The notes under the pieces: model-generated
The model's input: the letters and a program-made list of their open reading frames with translations, nothing else
Database searches by the model: none
What the model was told of the DNA's origin: nothing
Shown: one piece after another, positions 48,218 to 58,006 of the stretch
Position numbering within the stretch: position 1 is the stretch's first letter
Layout: every line of letters begins with the position of its first letter
Source of the DNA: Bacteroidota bacterium
Lineage (GTDB): Bacteria > Bacteroidota > Bacteroidia > B-17B0 > Aurantibacillaceae
Reading direction: 5' to 3'
DNA length: 64,000 nucleotides
NCBI GenBank assembly: GCA_046302135.1
Contig: JBKCIQ010000091.1
Location: 92-64,091, forward strand
Position numbers and translations under genes: made by a program

Positions 48218-49012
48218 TCAATGGCTAATAAAATCATTAATTGTTTCACACGTTTTAATTATTCCCTCAAGGTTAAGGGTGTGGCCTGCACCTTCAATAA
48301 GCACGAACTTTGATCCATTAATGTTTTCAGCAACCGCTTTACCCATATGAACAGGAAATAAAAGATCTTTTTCGCCATGAATTATGAGGGTAGGTGAATT
48401 TATTTTGTTTAATTCTTTCCGATAGTCACCTCTTGCTTTTGTGGCCTGCATCAATTTAATTAATGCAGAAGAATCCTGGTTTAATTCTGTTCTTGCCTGC
48501 TTCATGAGTTCAATCGGAATAATTGGGCTATTGAAATAATTTTCACTTAAAACAGTTGGAAGCATCACATCGAGCATAAGAGGATAACCTCCTATTTTTA
48601 TTGCGTTTTCCCATGCGGCCTCAATCGCAATATAGTATGGCGTTTTATAACAAAAGCTGCTCATTAGAATCAGACGATCAAGTTTTTCAGGAAATAATAC
48701 GGCAAAATGTTGTGCAACCAGGCTTCCATACGAAAGGCCCGCGATGTTCGCGCTCTTTAAACCAATATTATCAAGTAAATCTGCAACATCTACGGCGTGC
48801 TCATTAAAGTTTTGCCACTCTCCTGTTTTTTCAGATTTACCCTGAAAAATGAAATCCATTAAAACCAGACTGTGATTGTTAAGCTTTGGCTCCATTAAAG
48901 CCCAAGACATGGTACTTTGTGTAAGCCCATTTAACAAAACCAGTGTTTTACCACTGTTACCCTTTTTTGTTTCATAATAAAGAAGGCGTCCGGAACGAGT
49001 TTTAAAATACAT
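48218..49012 (-). CDS. alpha/beta hydrolase
   Basis: Nucleophile elbow GLSYGS, HG-type oxyanion region VLLNGLTQS, and C-terminal GAGH. Confidence 0.85.
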   Translation of the reverse strand: MYFKTRSGRLLYYETKKGNSGKTLVLLNGLTQSTMSWALMEPKLNNHSLVLMDFIFQGKSEKTGEWQNFNEHAVDVADLLDNIGLKSANIAGLSYGSLVAQHFAVLFPEKLDRLILMSSFCYKTPYYIAIEAAWENAIKIGGYPLMLDVMLPTVLSENYFNSPIIPIELMKQARTELNQDSSALIKLMQATKARGDYRKELNKINSPTLIIHGEKDLLFPVHMGKAVAENINGSKFVLIEGAGHTLNLEGIIKTCETINDFISH

Positions 49013-49068
49013 TTTTAAAATTTAAGAATATTTTCAAAAAAACACTTGCAAGCAAAAAAATCCATTTT

Positions 49069-49076
49069 TAAGTTTG
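49069..49076 (+). promoter_or_regulatory. -7 promoter element TAagTTTG
   Basis: TAAGTTTG ends 8 nt before ATG 49085, which supports that start over TTG 49046. Confidence 0.3.
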
Positions 49077-49084
49077 ATAAAAAT

Positions 49085-49696
49085 ATGTTTTCAAACGACA
49101 GTAAATATATAACTCTTCCTGTTTTTCCACTGAATTATTTAGTTCTGCCCGGAGAACAAAAGGAGCTTCATATTTTTGAGGCAAGATACAAAGAGCTTAT
49201 TAGGGATTGTCTTCAGAACAATGCCTGTTTTGGAATTGTTTTGCCAAAAAAGTTAAAAGGTGGTGTTTCAGACTATGGTGTTTTGGTAAAAATTGTGCGA
49301 GTGAACAAAACACACCCCTCAGGAGAATTGGATATTGTTGTTGAAGGAATCAACGTTTTTAAAACAGTTAAGTTCGTTTCTGTTTTGTCTCCAAAACTTT
49401 ATGGGGCCGCAACCGCCGAAATGATTTATCATCAAGAAAATTTTTGTTCTGAGGAAACACTAAATTTATTTCAGCAATACACCGAAGCAACAAGTGAAAC
49501 AGGGGTTCTTTTATCAAAAGAAACAACGATTTTTCAGATGGCAGAAAGAGTGGGACTCTCAAGTGAGGAAAGATTAAAGCTCGCATCTTTTGCAGATGAT
49601 AAGCAAAGAGAAGAGTTGTTGAGGGGAAAACTAAGATTACTGATAAAGGTTTGTGAGATAGAAAAAAAATTGAACGGGGATTTTTGGTTGAACTAG
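49085..49696 (+). CDS. LON N-terminal (substrate-binding) domain protein
   Basis: LPVFPLNYLVLPGEQKELHIFEARYKELI is the LON_substr_bdg signature. There is no ATPase or protease domain. Confidence 0.8.
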   Translation: MFSNDSKYITLPVFPLNYLVLPGEQKELHIFEARYKELIRDCLQNNACFGIVLPKKLKGGVSDYGVLVKIVRVNKTHPSGELDIVVEGINVFKTVKFVSVLSPKLYGAATAEMIYHQENFCSEETLNLFQQYTEATSETGVLLSKETTIFQMAERVGLSSEERLKLASFADDKQREELLRGKLRLLIKVCEIEKKLNGDFWLN

Positions 49697-49700
49697 TGTA

Positions 49701-50297
49701 TTATTGGTTCTTCCTTTTATTGAGTTCATCTCTGATTTTAGCGGCTAGCTCATATTGCTCTTCATCTTCAGCAGTGGCGAGCATGTCTTTAAGTTCAGCT
49801 GTACTTTTAGAAATGTAAGAGTCAGACGTTTCTATCTCTTCTTTTTCAGATTCTTCTTCTTTGGTTTCTGTTTTTTCGGCATCGCCTTCTAAAACAACAC
49901 CGGCGGAAGAAAGTATAAAATCGAAAGTATAAATTGGGCACTGGAAACGAATCGCAAGTGCTATTGCGTCAGAAGTGCGTGCATCAATTTCAACCTCTTG
50001 TTCATCTCGAACGCAAATTAATTTCGCGTAAAAAATACCTTCGGATAAGTTATAAATGATTACTTCAGAAACAGAAACATCAAAACTCTCTGCAAAAGTT
50101 TTAAAAAGATCGTGAGTGAGTGGCCTGGTTGGAACCATCTTTTCCAGCTCGATTGCAATAGCTTGGGCTTCAAAGCCCCCAATAACAATAGGTAGCCTTC
50201 TGTTTCCCTCAACCTCTCCCAACACCAAGGCATAAGCCCCTGCCTGCGTCTGGCTGTATGACAAAGCAACAATATCAAGCCTGATTTTTTTACTCAT
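49701..50297 (-). CDS. bifunctional nuclease (BFN/DUF151) family protein with C-terminal UVR motif
   Basis: The BFN core is SQTQAGAYALVLGEVEGNRRLPIVIGGFEAQAIA...RPLTHDL. An acidic linker is followed by the UVR-like segment LATAEDEEQYELAAKIRDEL. Confidence 0.8.
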   Translation of the reverse strand: MSKKIRLDIVALSYSQTQAGAYALVLGEVEGNRRLPIVIGGFEAQAIAIELEKMVPTRPLTHDLFKTFAESFDVSVSEVIIYNLSEGIFYAKLICVRDEQEVEIDARTSDAIALAIRFQCPIYTFDFILSSAGVVLEGDAEKTETKEEESEKEEIETSDSYISKSTAELKDMLATAEDEEQYELAAKIRDELNKRKNQ

Positions 50298-50346
50298 GTA
50301 AGAGGTAAATGCCCTGAATTAATAGAAAAACTAATTTACAAAAAAA

Positions 50347-51330
50347 TCAATTGGCAACTGATTTAAACTTTTTAAAAGCAGCAATTAATTTGGGTAAAAC
50401 CTCAAAAGCATCGCCTATAATACCGTAGTCAGCGCTTTTGAAAAAAGGAGCTTCTTTGTCGTTATTAATTACAACAATTGTCTTGCTTCCGTTTACTCCT
50501 GCAAGATGTTGAATAGCCCCGGATATGCCTATAGCTATGTAAAGGTTAGGACGAATTGCAATACCCGTTTGACCAACGTGTTCGTGATGAGGTCTCCAGT
50601 GCATATCGGAAACCGGACGCGAACAAGCGGTTGTTGCGCCCAAAGTTGTGGCAAGCTCTTCAACAAGCCCCCAATTTTCGGGACCTTTCATACCTCTGCC
50701 TGCAGATACTACCAACTCTGCCTCGGGTAATGGTACAGCCCCTGCGGAAGATATAGATTTTACCTCTTTCACAATAATTTTTGAAGCAGACAGAACCACT
50801 TCTTGGGTAATATCCTGAACGCTTGCTGTATTTGAAGCAGAAACAACAGGAAATGAATTAGGAAGTAAGGAGATTACTTTTATATCTGAGTTTATGGAAT
50901 AAACTGCGGTTGCTTTTCCGCTGAATACATTCTTTTTTAAATCCATTGAATTACCATTAATAACAGGATAATCAACAGCTCCCGCAACGTAACCGGCCCT
51001 AAGACGCGCGGCCAACCTTGGCGCAACCGCTTTTCCTGTTACATCGAATGATAAAACAACAACTTTAGAGCCCGATATTTTCACCGCTTGCTCAATCATT
51101 GATGAGGTGAGCGATGAGTCCTGATGATTCAAGACATCATTTTTTACGGTAAATATTTTTTTCGCTCCTGCGCTTCCGATTTCCTCGAGATGAGTAGGCT
51201 CAGCGTTTGCAACAATTGCAATACATTCGATTCCTAACAGGGATGCAATTTTTGATCCGTAATTCACGGACTCAAGAGAAGATTTTTTTACTCTGCCCTT
51301 TGAAATTTCTGTAAATACTAGTACTGACAT
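50347..51330 (-). CDS. etfA: electron transfer flavoprotein subunit alpha
   Basis: C-terminal FAD-binding region SRPVSDMHWRPHHEHVGQTG..I.P.LYIAIGISGAIQHLAG. Confidence 0.92.
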   Translation of the reverse strand: MSVLVFTEISKGRVKKSSLESVNYGSKIASLLGIECIAIVANAEPTHLEEIGSAGAKKIFTVKNDVLNHQDSSLTSSMIEQAVKISGSKVVVLSFDVTGKAVAPRLAARLRAGYVAGAVDYPVINGNSMDLKKNVFSGKATAVYSINSDIKVISLLPNSFPVVSASNTASVQDITQEVVLSASKIIVKEVKSISSAGAVPLPEAELVVSAGRGMKGPENWGLVEELATTLGATTACSRPVSDMHWRPHHEHVGQTGIAIRPNLYIAIGISGAIQHLAGVNGSKTIVVINNDKEAPFFKSADYGIIGDAFEVLPKLIAAFKKFKSVAN

Positions 51331-51344
51331 TTTAAAAAATTTAT

Positions 51345-52088
51345 TTAAATGACTTTTGCTTCTGTGTGTAATAGATTAACCAAATCATCCGGCTTATCTG
51401 CATCAATAAATTTACAAGCCGTTCTTCCTGCGGAGAGCGCAAAAGATTTTACACTTGTCAATTTTTCTGATGCGGCAGCTTCAACTACCTTAATTGGTTT
51501 TGTTCTTGCCGCCATAATACCGCGCATGTTAGGAATTCTTTGTTCAGCCATACCTTTAGCACAGGATATTACTAATGGAGTTGAACACTCTACTATTTGA
51601 CTTCCTCCATCAATATCGTGTTCTATACTTGCTACACTTCCATTAATATCCAGTTTTGTTGCCATCGAAATGAAAGGCAAATCCATCAGGCCCCCAACCA
51701 TTGCACCAACAGAAGAGCCATTGTAATTAATAGTTTCCTTTCCAACCAAAATCAAATCGTAATTGTTTTCGTTGGCGTATTTTGAAATTTGTTCCGCAAC
51801 AAAATAAGCATCCGGCCCCTCTGCGTTTACTCTAACGGCATCATCTGCTCCAAGGGCTAGCCCCTTACGTATTGTCGCTTCACTATCGGCAAGGCCAACA
51901 TGAAACAAAGTAACAAGTGTTGCTTTACCTGTTTCTTTAAGCTCGAGGGCACGAACAAGGGCGTACCACTCATCGTAAGGATTGATGATGAACTGAACAC
52001 CTGCTTTATTGAATTCAGTGTCTCCGTTTGCAAATGCAATTTTGGTAGTAGTGTCAGGAACATTACTGATTGCGACTAAAATTTTCAT
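51345..52088 (-). CDS. etfB: electron transfer flavoprotein subunit beta
   Basis: Starts MKILVAISNVPDTTTKI, contains INPYDEWYALVRALELKE, and lies immediately upstream of etfA. Confidence 0.92.
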   Translation of the reverse strand: MKILVAISNVPDTTTKIAFANGDTEFNKAGVQFIINPYDEWYALVRALELKETGKATLVTLFHVGLADSEATIRKGLALGADDAVRVNAEGPDAYFVAEQISKYANENNYDLILVGKETINYNGSSVGAMVGGLMDLPFISMATKLDINGSVASIEHDIDGGSQIVECSTPLVISCAKGMAEQRIPNMRGIMAARTKPIKVVEAAASEKLTSVKSFALSAGRTACKFIDADKPDDLVNLLHTEAKVI

Positions 52089-52198
52089 GTTTTTTTATCG
52101 TATTAAAAAAGGTTGGTAAAGGTAAGTATTTCGAAATGAAAACAAAACCTATCATGATACAAAAATAAGCTGATAACCGTAGCTGATAAATAGATTGT

Positions 52199-52687
52199 TC
52201 AGTACAGCTTGGAAAGAGATTCTACAATTTTTAATACAGCAGGGCATATTAAAGAATTCTTGTAGGTTAAATCCAAGACCTGATACATGTTTTTCCTGTT
52301 GGTATGAGGGTATTCACGACAAGCGGCAGGCCGGTCTTCATATACGACGCAAAAATTATCACCATCCAGAAAAGGGCAGGGCGATGACTTAAGCACATAA
52401 TCTTTGTCCTCATCAATGCGTAAATATTTTTCAATAAAATCACCCGGTTTAATTTTCAGTCTTTTTGCCACTCTGTCAATGTCTTTTTGATAAAAAATTG
52501 GCGAGGTTGTTTTACAGCAATTGGCACACGTCAAGCAGTCTAACGTTTCAAACACTTCATCATGTAAAGTGTGGAATTTATTATCAAGATCTCTCGGAGG
52601 TTTTCGCTTTAATTTTTTAAGAAATTTTTCATTCCCCTTTTTTCTGGCATCATTAAGTTTTACAATTTCTTCGGATGGGTTTATCAT
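52199..52687 (-). CDS. YkgJ-family cysteine-cluster (putative Fe-S/zinc) protein
   Basis: CLTCANCCKT (CxxCxxCC) and a downstream CPFL...C..Y..RP..C pattern. Confidence 0.75.
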   Translation of the reverse strand: MINPSEEIVKLNDARKKGNEKFLKKLKRKPPRDLDNKFHTLHDEVFETLDCLTCANCCKTTSPIFYQKDIDRVAKRLKIKPGDFIEKYLRIDEDKDYVLKSSPCPFLDGDNFCVVYEDRPAACREYPHTNRKNMYQVLDLTYKNSLICPAVLKIVESLSKLY

Positions 52688-52801
52688 TTTTCAATCAATC
52701 CTCTAATTTATTTAATTATTTGTTCTTTTCAGTCATGAGGAGTAAATGACTTATTTATACTTTTGAAAAACAATAGTTGTAAATTTTAAAAGATTGTTGA
52801 A

Positions 52802-53764
52802 ATGAGTATTGCTCTACCAAATTCAATAAGAGACCTAGAAGAAATTCAAGAATTAATCGGTGCTCACATTATTAGAACCCCGGTTATAGAGAGCGTAATT
52901 ATAAATGAAATGACACAGTCAAGGGTTTTCTTTAAGTGCGAAAACTTTCAGCGAATCGGGGCTTTTAAAGCAAGGGGTGCACTCAACGCAGTTCTTAGAT
53001 TGAGCAAAGATGAATTAGCAAAGGGGGTGGCGACCCACAGCAGTGGAAATCACGCTCAGGCACTTGCTTATGCTGCAAAAATTGCGGGCACAAAGGCAAT
53101 AATAGTAATGCCTGAAAATTCCAACAAAACAAAAATAGAAGGTGTAAAAAGATTGGGTGGCGAAATTATTTTTTGTAAACCAACAACGGAAGACAGAGAA
53201 AAGAAACTGGAGGAGTATTTGAAAAAGTCAGGGGCGTTTTATGTGCCTCCGTATAATCATGAGTGGGTTATTGGCGGACAAGGCACAGCGGCAAAAGAAC
53301 TTCTCGAGGACCATCCGGAAATAGAATTGATGTTAACACCAACGGGTGGTGGGGGGCTACTCAGCGGAACAGCTTTGGTTTCGAAATTAGTTAACAATAA
53401 AATAAATGTTTTCGGCGCAGAGCCTGAAAATCTTAACGACGCCAAAAGGAGTTTTATTAGCGGCAAGATAGAAAAAAACGAAATTGGAAAATCGTCTGTC
53501 GCAGACGGCCTTAGAACCACGCTGGGAGAAATTACACTTAAATGTATATTGGAAAACGTAAGCGATATTTTTACGGTTACCGAAGAGGAAATTATCCAAA
53601 GCATGAAATTAATGTGGCAGTATTTAAAAATAACAGCAGAACCTAGTTGTGCTGTAACTTTGGCCGCCGTTTTAAAAAACCCTACACTTTTCAAGCAAAA
53701 AATAACGGGAATAATTGTTTCTGGCGGCAATGTTGATCTGGAAGAAGTGCCTTTTTTGAAATAA
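52802..53764 (+). CDS. PLP-dependent serine/threonine dehydratase-family enzyme
   Basis: FFKCENFQRIGAFKARGA carries the PLP lysine. HSSGNHAQALA and the Gly-rich loop PTGGGGLLSG are also present. Confidence 0.88.
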   Translation: MSIALPNSIRDLEEIQELIGAHIIRTPVIESVIINEMTQSRVFFKCENFQRIGAFKARGALNAVLRLSKDELAKGVATHSSGNHAQALAYAAKIAGTKAIIVMPENSNKTKIEGVKRLGGEIIFCKPTTEDREKKLEEYLKKSGAFYVPPYNHEWVIGGQGTAAKELLEDHPEIELMLTPTGGGGLLSGTALVSKLVNNKINVFGAEPENLNDAKRSFISGKIEKNEIGKSSVADGLRTTLGEITLKCILENVSDIFTVTEEEIIQSMKLMWQYLKITAEPSCAVTLAAVLKNPTLFKQKITGIIVSGGNVDLEEVPFLK

Positions 53765-53848
53765 TTTTACTTCTTTTATCAAAAAATTGCTTTTAATCAT
53801 TTTATTTTTGTAAGTTTACCCCTTGTTAAATAATTAATTTCAATTTAC

Positions 53849-54106
53849 ATGAATCTTTACATTGGAAACCTTGCCTGGGGAGTAACTGATCAGGACCTTA
53901 ATGAATTATTGGCCCAGTACGGTAGTGTTACATCTGCAAAAGTTGTTACAGACAAGATTACTAGAAGAAGCCGCGGCTTTGGTTTTGCTGAAATGCCTAA
54001 CGATCAAGAGGCACAAAATGCTATTAACGACTTGAATGGAAAACCGTTAAAAGGCAGGAACATTACTATTAATGAAGCAAGGCCTAGAACAAACAGAGAA
54101 GGCTAA
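53849..54106 (+). CDS. RRM-type RNA-binding protein
   Basis: RNP-2 LYIGNL and RNP-1 RGFGFAEM. The 85-aa protein is a single RRM. Confidence 0.9.
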   Translation: MNLYIGNLAWGVTDQDLNELLAQYGSVTSAKVVTDKITRRSRGFGFAEMPNDQEAQNAINDLNGKPLKGRNITINEARPRTNREG

Positions 54107-54138
54107 TTAATTCCTTTATTTTCAGGCGTTTATCTTTT

Positions 54139-54166
54139 AGGGAAACCATCCCTTAACTTTCTTTTT
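54139..54166 (+). terminator. possible intrinsic terminator after RRM gene
   Basis: Hairpin AGGGA-AACCA-TCCCT (54139-54153) followed by TTAACTTTCTTTTT. The stem is short. Confidence 0.3.
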
Positions 54167-54217
54167 AACTATTCCAAACTGGTTTTCAGATTTTTAGGTT
54201 CGTTCGTAAAATAATTG

Positions 54218-54225
54218 TATTTTTG
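54218..54225 (+). promoter_or_regulatory. -7 promoter element TAttTTTG upstream of desaturase
   Basis: TATTTTTG ends 16 nt before ATG 54242. It lies inside the listed TTG-started extension and so argues for the ATG start. Confidence 0.3.
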
Positions 54226-54241
54226 CGGCAATATTTCCTCA

Positions 54242-55363
54242 ATGGATAAAAATGTCAGTTTTGCGGGTTTGAGCAATAATTTCCCCGCAGTGTTAAAACA
54301 AAGGGTTGATGAGTACTTTAAATCGAACAACCTTCGTCAAACGGGCAACGCTCGCCTGTATGCAAAAACAATTATTCTGTTAATAGTTTGTTTTTCCTCG
54401 TACTGGGTTGCAGTCTTTGTTGATTTACCTTTTATTTATAAATGTCTTATTGGAGTTGTTTTCGGATTAACAAACGCCGGAATAGGATTTTGTGTTATGC
54501 ACGATGGTGCTCACGGATCATACTCTCAGAAACCCTGGTTAAATAACCTTATGGGTTACACCCTCAATTTATTTGGAGGAAGTGTTTATTTCTGGAAAAT
54601 CAAACACAACGTAATCCATCACAATGTAACCAATATTGAGGGTCATGATGACGACATCAACCTTAGGCCTTTAATGAGGACCTGTGAACATCAACCCTAT
54701 CATAAATTTCATAAACTGCAACACGTTTATGGGATTTTCCTTTATTCACTAACAACTATTTGGTGGATATTATTCAGGGACTTTTTAAAATATTTTTCCG
54801 GTAAAATTGCTTCAAAAAAAATAGGAAAGATGCCTTTGTCTGAGCACCTGATATTCTGGTTCACTAAACTTTACTATTTCACAACATTTCTTGTTCTTCC
54901 TATTTTGCTAATGGGACCAACAAAAGCAATATTGTTTTTTCTGGTTTGGAACTTTTCAATGGGTTTTGCCCTTGCAATTGTATTTCAATTGGCTCACGTT
55001 GTTGAAGACACTGATTTCCCACTTCCTGCCGATGGAAGCAATAAGATTAACCACGATTGGTTTTATCATCAGTTTGCAACTACGGCAAATTTTGCAACAC
55101 AGCACCCAATCATCACCTGGTATACAGGTGGATTGAATTACCAGGTTGAACACCACTTATTTCCGAGAATAAGTCATATACATTATCCTTCAATCCATCC
55201 AATAGTCAAAAAAACCTGTGCGGAATTTAATGTTCCTTACAATGAATTTCCGAGTATGTGGAGCGCTATTATCTCTCATTTCTCGGTTTTAAAAAAACTG
55301 GGAAAGGAGAAGAATCCCGTTATCAAGGAAAAAAATCCCTCCACAGAGCTGGTAGGAGCATAG
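54242..55363 (+). CDS. membrane fatty acid desaturase, front-end (QxxHH) type, no cytochrome b5 domain
   Basis: His boxes HDGAHG, HNVIHH and QVEHHLFP, plus four or more hydrophobic segments. Confidence 0.85.
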   Translation: MDKNVSFAGLSNNFPAVLKQRVDEYFKSNNLRQTGNARLYAKTIILLIVCFSSYWVAVFVDLPFIYKCLIGVVFGLTNAGIGFCVMHDGAHGSYSQKPWLNNLMGYTLNLFGGSVYFWKIKHNVIHHNVTNIEGHDDDINLRPLMRTCEHQPYHKFHKLQHVYGIFLYSLTTIWWILFRDFLKYFSGKIASKKIGKMPLSEHLIFWFTKLYYFTTFLVLPILLMGPTKAILFFLVWNFSMGFALAIVFQLAHVVEDTDFPLPADGSNKINHDWFYHQFATTANFATQHPIITWYTGGLNYQVEHHLFPRISHIHYPSIHPIVKKTCAEFNVPYNEFPSMWSAIISHFSVLKKLGKEKNPVIKEKNPSTELVGA

Positions 55364-55395
55364 GGAAATTTTTCTGTTTAATTTTAAAATAAAAC

Positions 55396-56841
55396 ATGAG
55401 TTCTAAGCCGCTATTTATATTTTTTTTACTCTTGTTTTTTAAATCAACGTATTCTCAGAGCAGTTTCAGTAATTCATGGTTAGAAGTTGAAAAAGAGCTT
55501 ACAGCATGGGACTCTGTAAGGGGTTCGTGGCTTGCAGGCAGTTTGATTTCGTTGGCAGAAAACAAAATGCTTCCAGAGAGAAATTTTCAGGGCGACTTAA
55601 CACCTTTTGAGCTTATAAAAACGTTGCCTGCGGAAAGAAGAGAAAGAATTATATCGCAAATTGGCAGAAATCAAAATATAAATAAAGTCGATGAAATTAA
55701 AAGCACATTTATTGCTTCGTTATTTCAAAAAACAAATTGTTCAACGGTTACAGGAAGAAGTTACGGCGACCCACATATTTCTACGTTTGATAAAGCAAAT
55801 TATTCATTCCAAACAGTAGGGGAGTTCATTATGTTATCAATGTATGGCGGTAACATTCAATTACAGTCAAGGCAGAAACCGCAAAACCAAAATGTTTCGC
55901 TTAATACTGCAATAGCCATTAATTTATTCGGAGACCGTATTGGGCTTTACGCCTCCGATGGTCCTGAAAATGGATCAAGGTTAAGAATAAATGGAATTAC
56001 CTATGATAACGCGAATAATTTTGTACTCCCGCATGGCGGAAGCATAAGGGTCAACGGAAATGATTTCGTTTTTTCCTCACCCACAGGCGAAGCGATAGTT
56101 GCACAGATACGCAGAACAGGAAACATGGACTTTATTAATGTGAATTTTCATCTTTTTTCCTGTGAAAAAGAAAATGTTTCGGGGCTTTTGGGCAATGCAA
56201 ACGGAGACCCGGATGATGATTTTTCAATAAAATCAAAACGACCTTCTGTGTCTTATTCTGCTTTATTCGGGAACTCCGTGTTTTCTAAAATAGGAGCGCA
56301 GGCAGAAAAACAGTATTTATCCTTTCTTGCAATTCAGTTTGCAGAACAGTGGCGCGTGAATAATGAAAACACACTTTTTGAATATGGCCCCAAGCAAAGC
56401 ACCAACACATTTACAGACAGAACTTTTCCAAGGACCCACCTTACCTTGAATGATCTAACACCACAACAACAAAGCGAAGCGAGAAATCGATGTGAAGCAA
56501 ATGGTGTAACGGGAGAGGATCTTCGCGGTTGTATTTTTGATCAGGGGTTTATAAATCTTGATCCAAGTCCGAGGGCTCCAGTACCAGATTTTATTAAAGG
56601 GGCATCTTTGAATGAAAATGTGTTAACATCAGGCCGTGAAATTGTTGTTGTACCAAGATTAAATAAAAATCAAATCAAGAAATTTTTAAAGACCAGCCCA
56701 TTGAAAAAAGAGCAGTTTTTAAATAAAATTTTAACCCCGAAGAATATTCTTCCAAAAACCCAATCCTCACCGGTACAAACGCCCAACATACCAATATTAA
56801 CTCCCAAATCCAATAATCCAATTCAGATAAAGCCAAAGTGA
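55396..56841 (+). CDS. secreted VWD-domain protein with GDPH motif and Pro/Lys-rich tail
   Basis: Signal peptide followed by GRSYGDPHISTFDKANYSFQTVGEF (GDPH at 55765-55776), typical of von Willebrand factor type D domains. The C-terminus PKNILPKTQSSPVQTPNIPILTPKSNNPIQIKPK is low complexity. Confidence 0.7.
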   Translation: MSSKPLFIFFLLLFFKSTYSQSSFSNSWLEVEKELTAWDSVRGSWLAGSLISLAENKMLPERNFQGDLTPFELIKTLPAERRERIISQIGRNQNINKVDEIKSTFIASLFQKTNCSTVTGRSYGDPHISTFDKANYSFQTVGEFIMLSMYGGNIQLQSRQKPQNQNVSLNTAIAINLFGDRIGLYASDGPENGSRLRINGITYDNANNFVLPHGGSIRVNGNDFVFSSPTGEAIVAQIRRTGNMDFINVNFHLFSCEKENVSGLLGNANGDPDDDFSIKSKRPSVSYSALFGNSVFSKIGAQAEKQYLSFLAIQFAEQWRVNNENTLFEYGPKQSTNTFTDRTFPRTHLTLNDLTPQQQSEARNRCEANGVTGEDLRGCIFDQGFINLDPSPRAPVPDFIKGASLNENVLTSGREIVVVPRLNKNQIKKFLKTSPLKKEQFLNKILTPKNILPKTQSSPVQTPNIPILTPKSNNPIQIKPK

Positions 56842-56911
56842 TTTGAATTTTTTCTACGGAAACCCTATGAAAAACTTTTTATCATTTTTTAATTAGCCTA
56901 GCTCCCTTTGT

Positions 56912-56919
56912 TATCTTTG
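56912..56919 (+). promoter_or_regulatory. -7 promoter element TAtcTTTG upstream of tatC
   Basis: TATCTTTG ends 15 nt before ATG 56935. Confidence 0.3.
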
Positions 56920-56934
56920 CTTTCCTGAAAAAAG

Positions 56935-57786
56935 ATGGGAATATTTTCCAATAGAAACATAAATGAAAACCCTTTGGGTGAAATGTCTTTCATTCAACAC
57001 CTTGAGGCACTTCGTTGGCATTTAATTAGGTCTATCATTGTAATTGGAATCTTTACCGGTGTTTATCTATTTTTCAGTGAATTACTTTTTGACAAGGTAA
57101 TTTTTGCTCCTAGAGATCAAAGTTTTCCTACCTACGGAATAATGTGCAGGATGGGACAAGTTTTTAATCTGGAAAAGGAAGTATGTATTACTGTAACGCA
57201 AAAAAAATTACAAACGCTAGGTGCCTCTGAGCAGTTTACAACCTACATATGGATTTGTTTTCTTGCCGGTTTAATTACGGGATTTCCTTATCTGCTTTAT
57301 GAAATCTGGAAATTCGTGAAGCCTGCATTAAAGGATACAGAATCTCGTCCCGTTCGCGGATTTGTTTTTATTGGTTCTTTTTTATTTGCCACAGGGGTTG
57401 TTTTTGGGTTTTATGTGTTGTTTCCGTTATCGTACAATTTTTTAATATCATTTAATATTGGAAGCGGAAAATTTGTTGAGACTAACAATACGCTTGACGA
57501 TTATGTTTCTTTAATCAGTACCATGTGTTTGTTAACAGGACTTGTGTTTGAGATGCCGATAATTGTACATTTTTTAACTCGTTTGGGAATTTTCACTCCT
57601 CAGTTCATGAGGAAATACCGAAAGCACGCAGTGGTAGTGATTCTTATTATTGCGGCATTTATAACACCATCGCCAGACATCATGAGTCAGCTTATTGTTT
57701 TTGCTCCGTTGTACGTATTGTATGAGATCAGCATCATTGTTAGTGCAAGAACATTAAAAAACATGAATGCACGTCAGCTGAAGTAA
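56935..57786 (+). CDS. tatC: twin-arginine translocase subunit TatC
   Basis: Contains MSFIQHLEALRWHLIRS, has six TM segments, and has the FITPSPDIMSQ motif. Confidence 0.92.
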   Translation: MGIFSNRNINENPLGEMSFIQHLEALRWHLIRSIIVIGIFTGVYLFFSELLFDKVIFAPRDQSFPTYGIMCRMGQVFNLEKEVCITVTQKKLQTLGASEQFTTYIWICFLAGLITGFPYLLYEIWKFVKPALKDTESRPVRGFVFIGSFLFATGVVFGFYVLFPLSYNFLISFNIGSGKFVETNNTLDDYVSLISTMCLLTGLVFEMPIIVHFLTRLGIFTPQFMRKYRKHAVVVILIIAAFITPSPDIMSQLIVFAPLYVLYEISIIVSARTLKNMNARQLK

Positions 57787-58006
57787 TGTAAGTTGAAATA
57801 TTTGACGTAATTATTTTTATTATTTCCTGCGAATTTAAAACTCACAACTTAGGTATTGGTGTTTGACAAGAAAATAAATACGGCGATTATTTATTAACTA
57901 TAACCTTTATCGTTTTTACATTAGAATTATTATCTAAAACATTCAGTAAGTAAAAGCTACTCTAAAGAGCTTTTAGCGGATATTCCTGCAGTTGCAATAA
58001 TTCCAA

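Noticed and set aside
57952-57974. AAAAGCT-loop-AGCTTTT hairpin between the convergent tatC and DUF47 genes as a bidirectional terminator
   Set aside because: The stem is only 6-7 bp and AT-rich, with a 9-nt loop and no clear U-tract. That is too weak to call.
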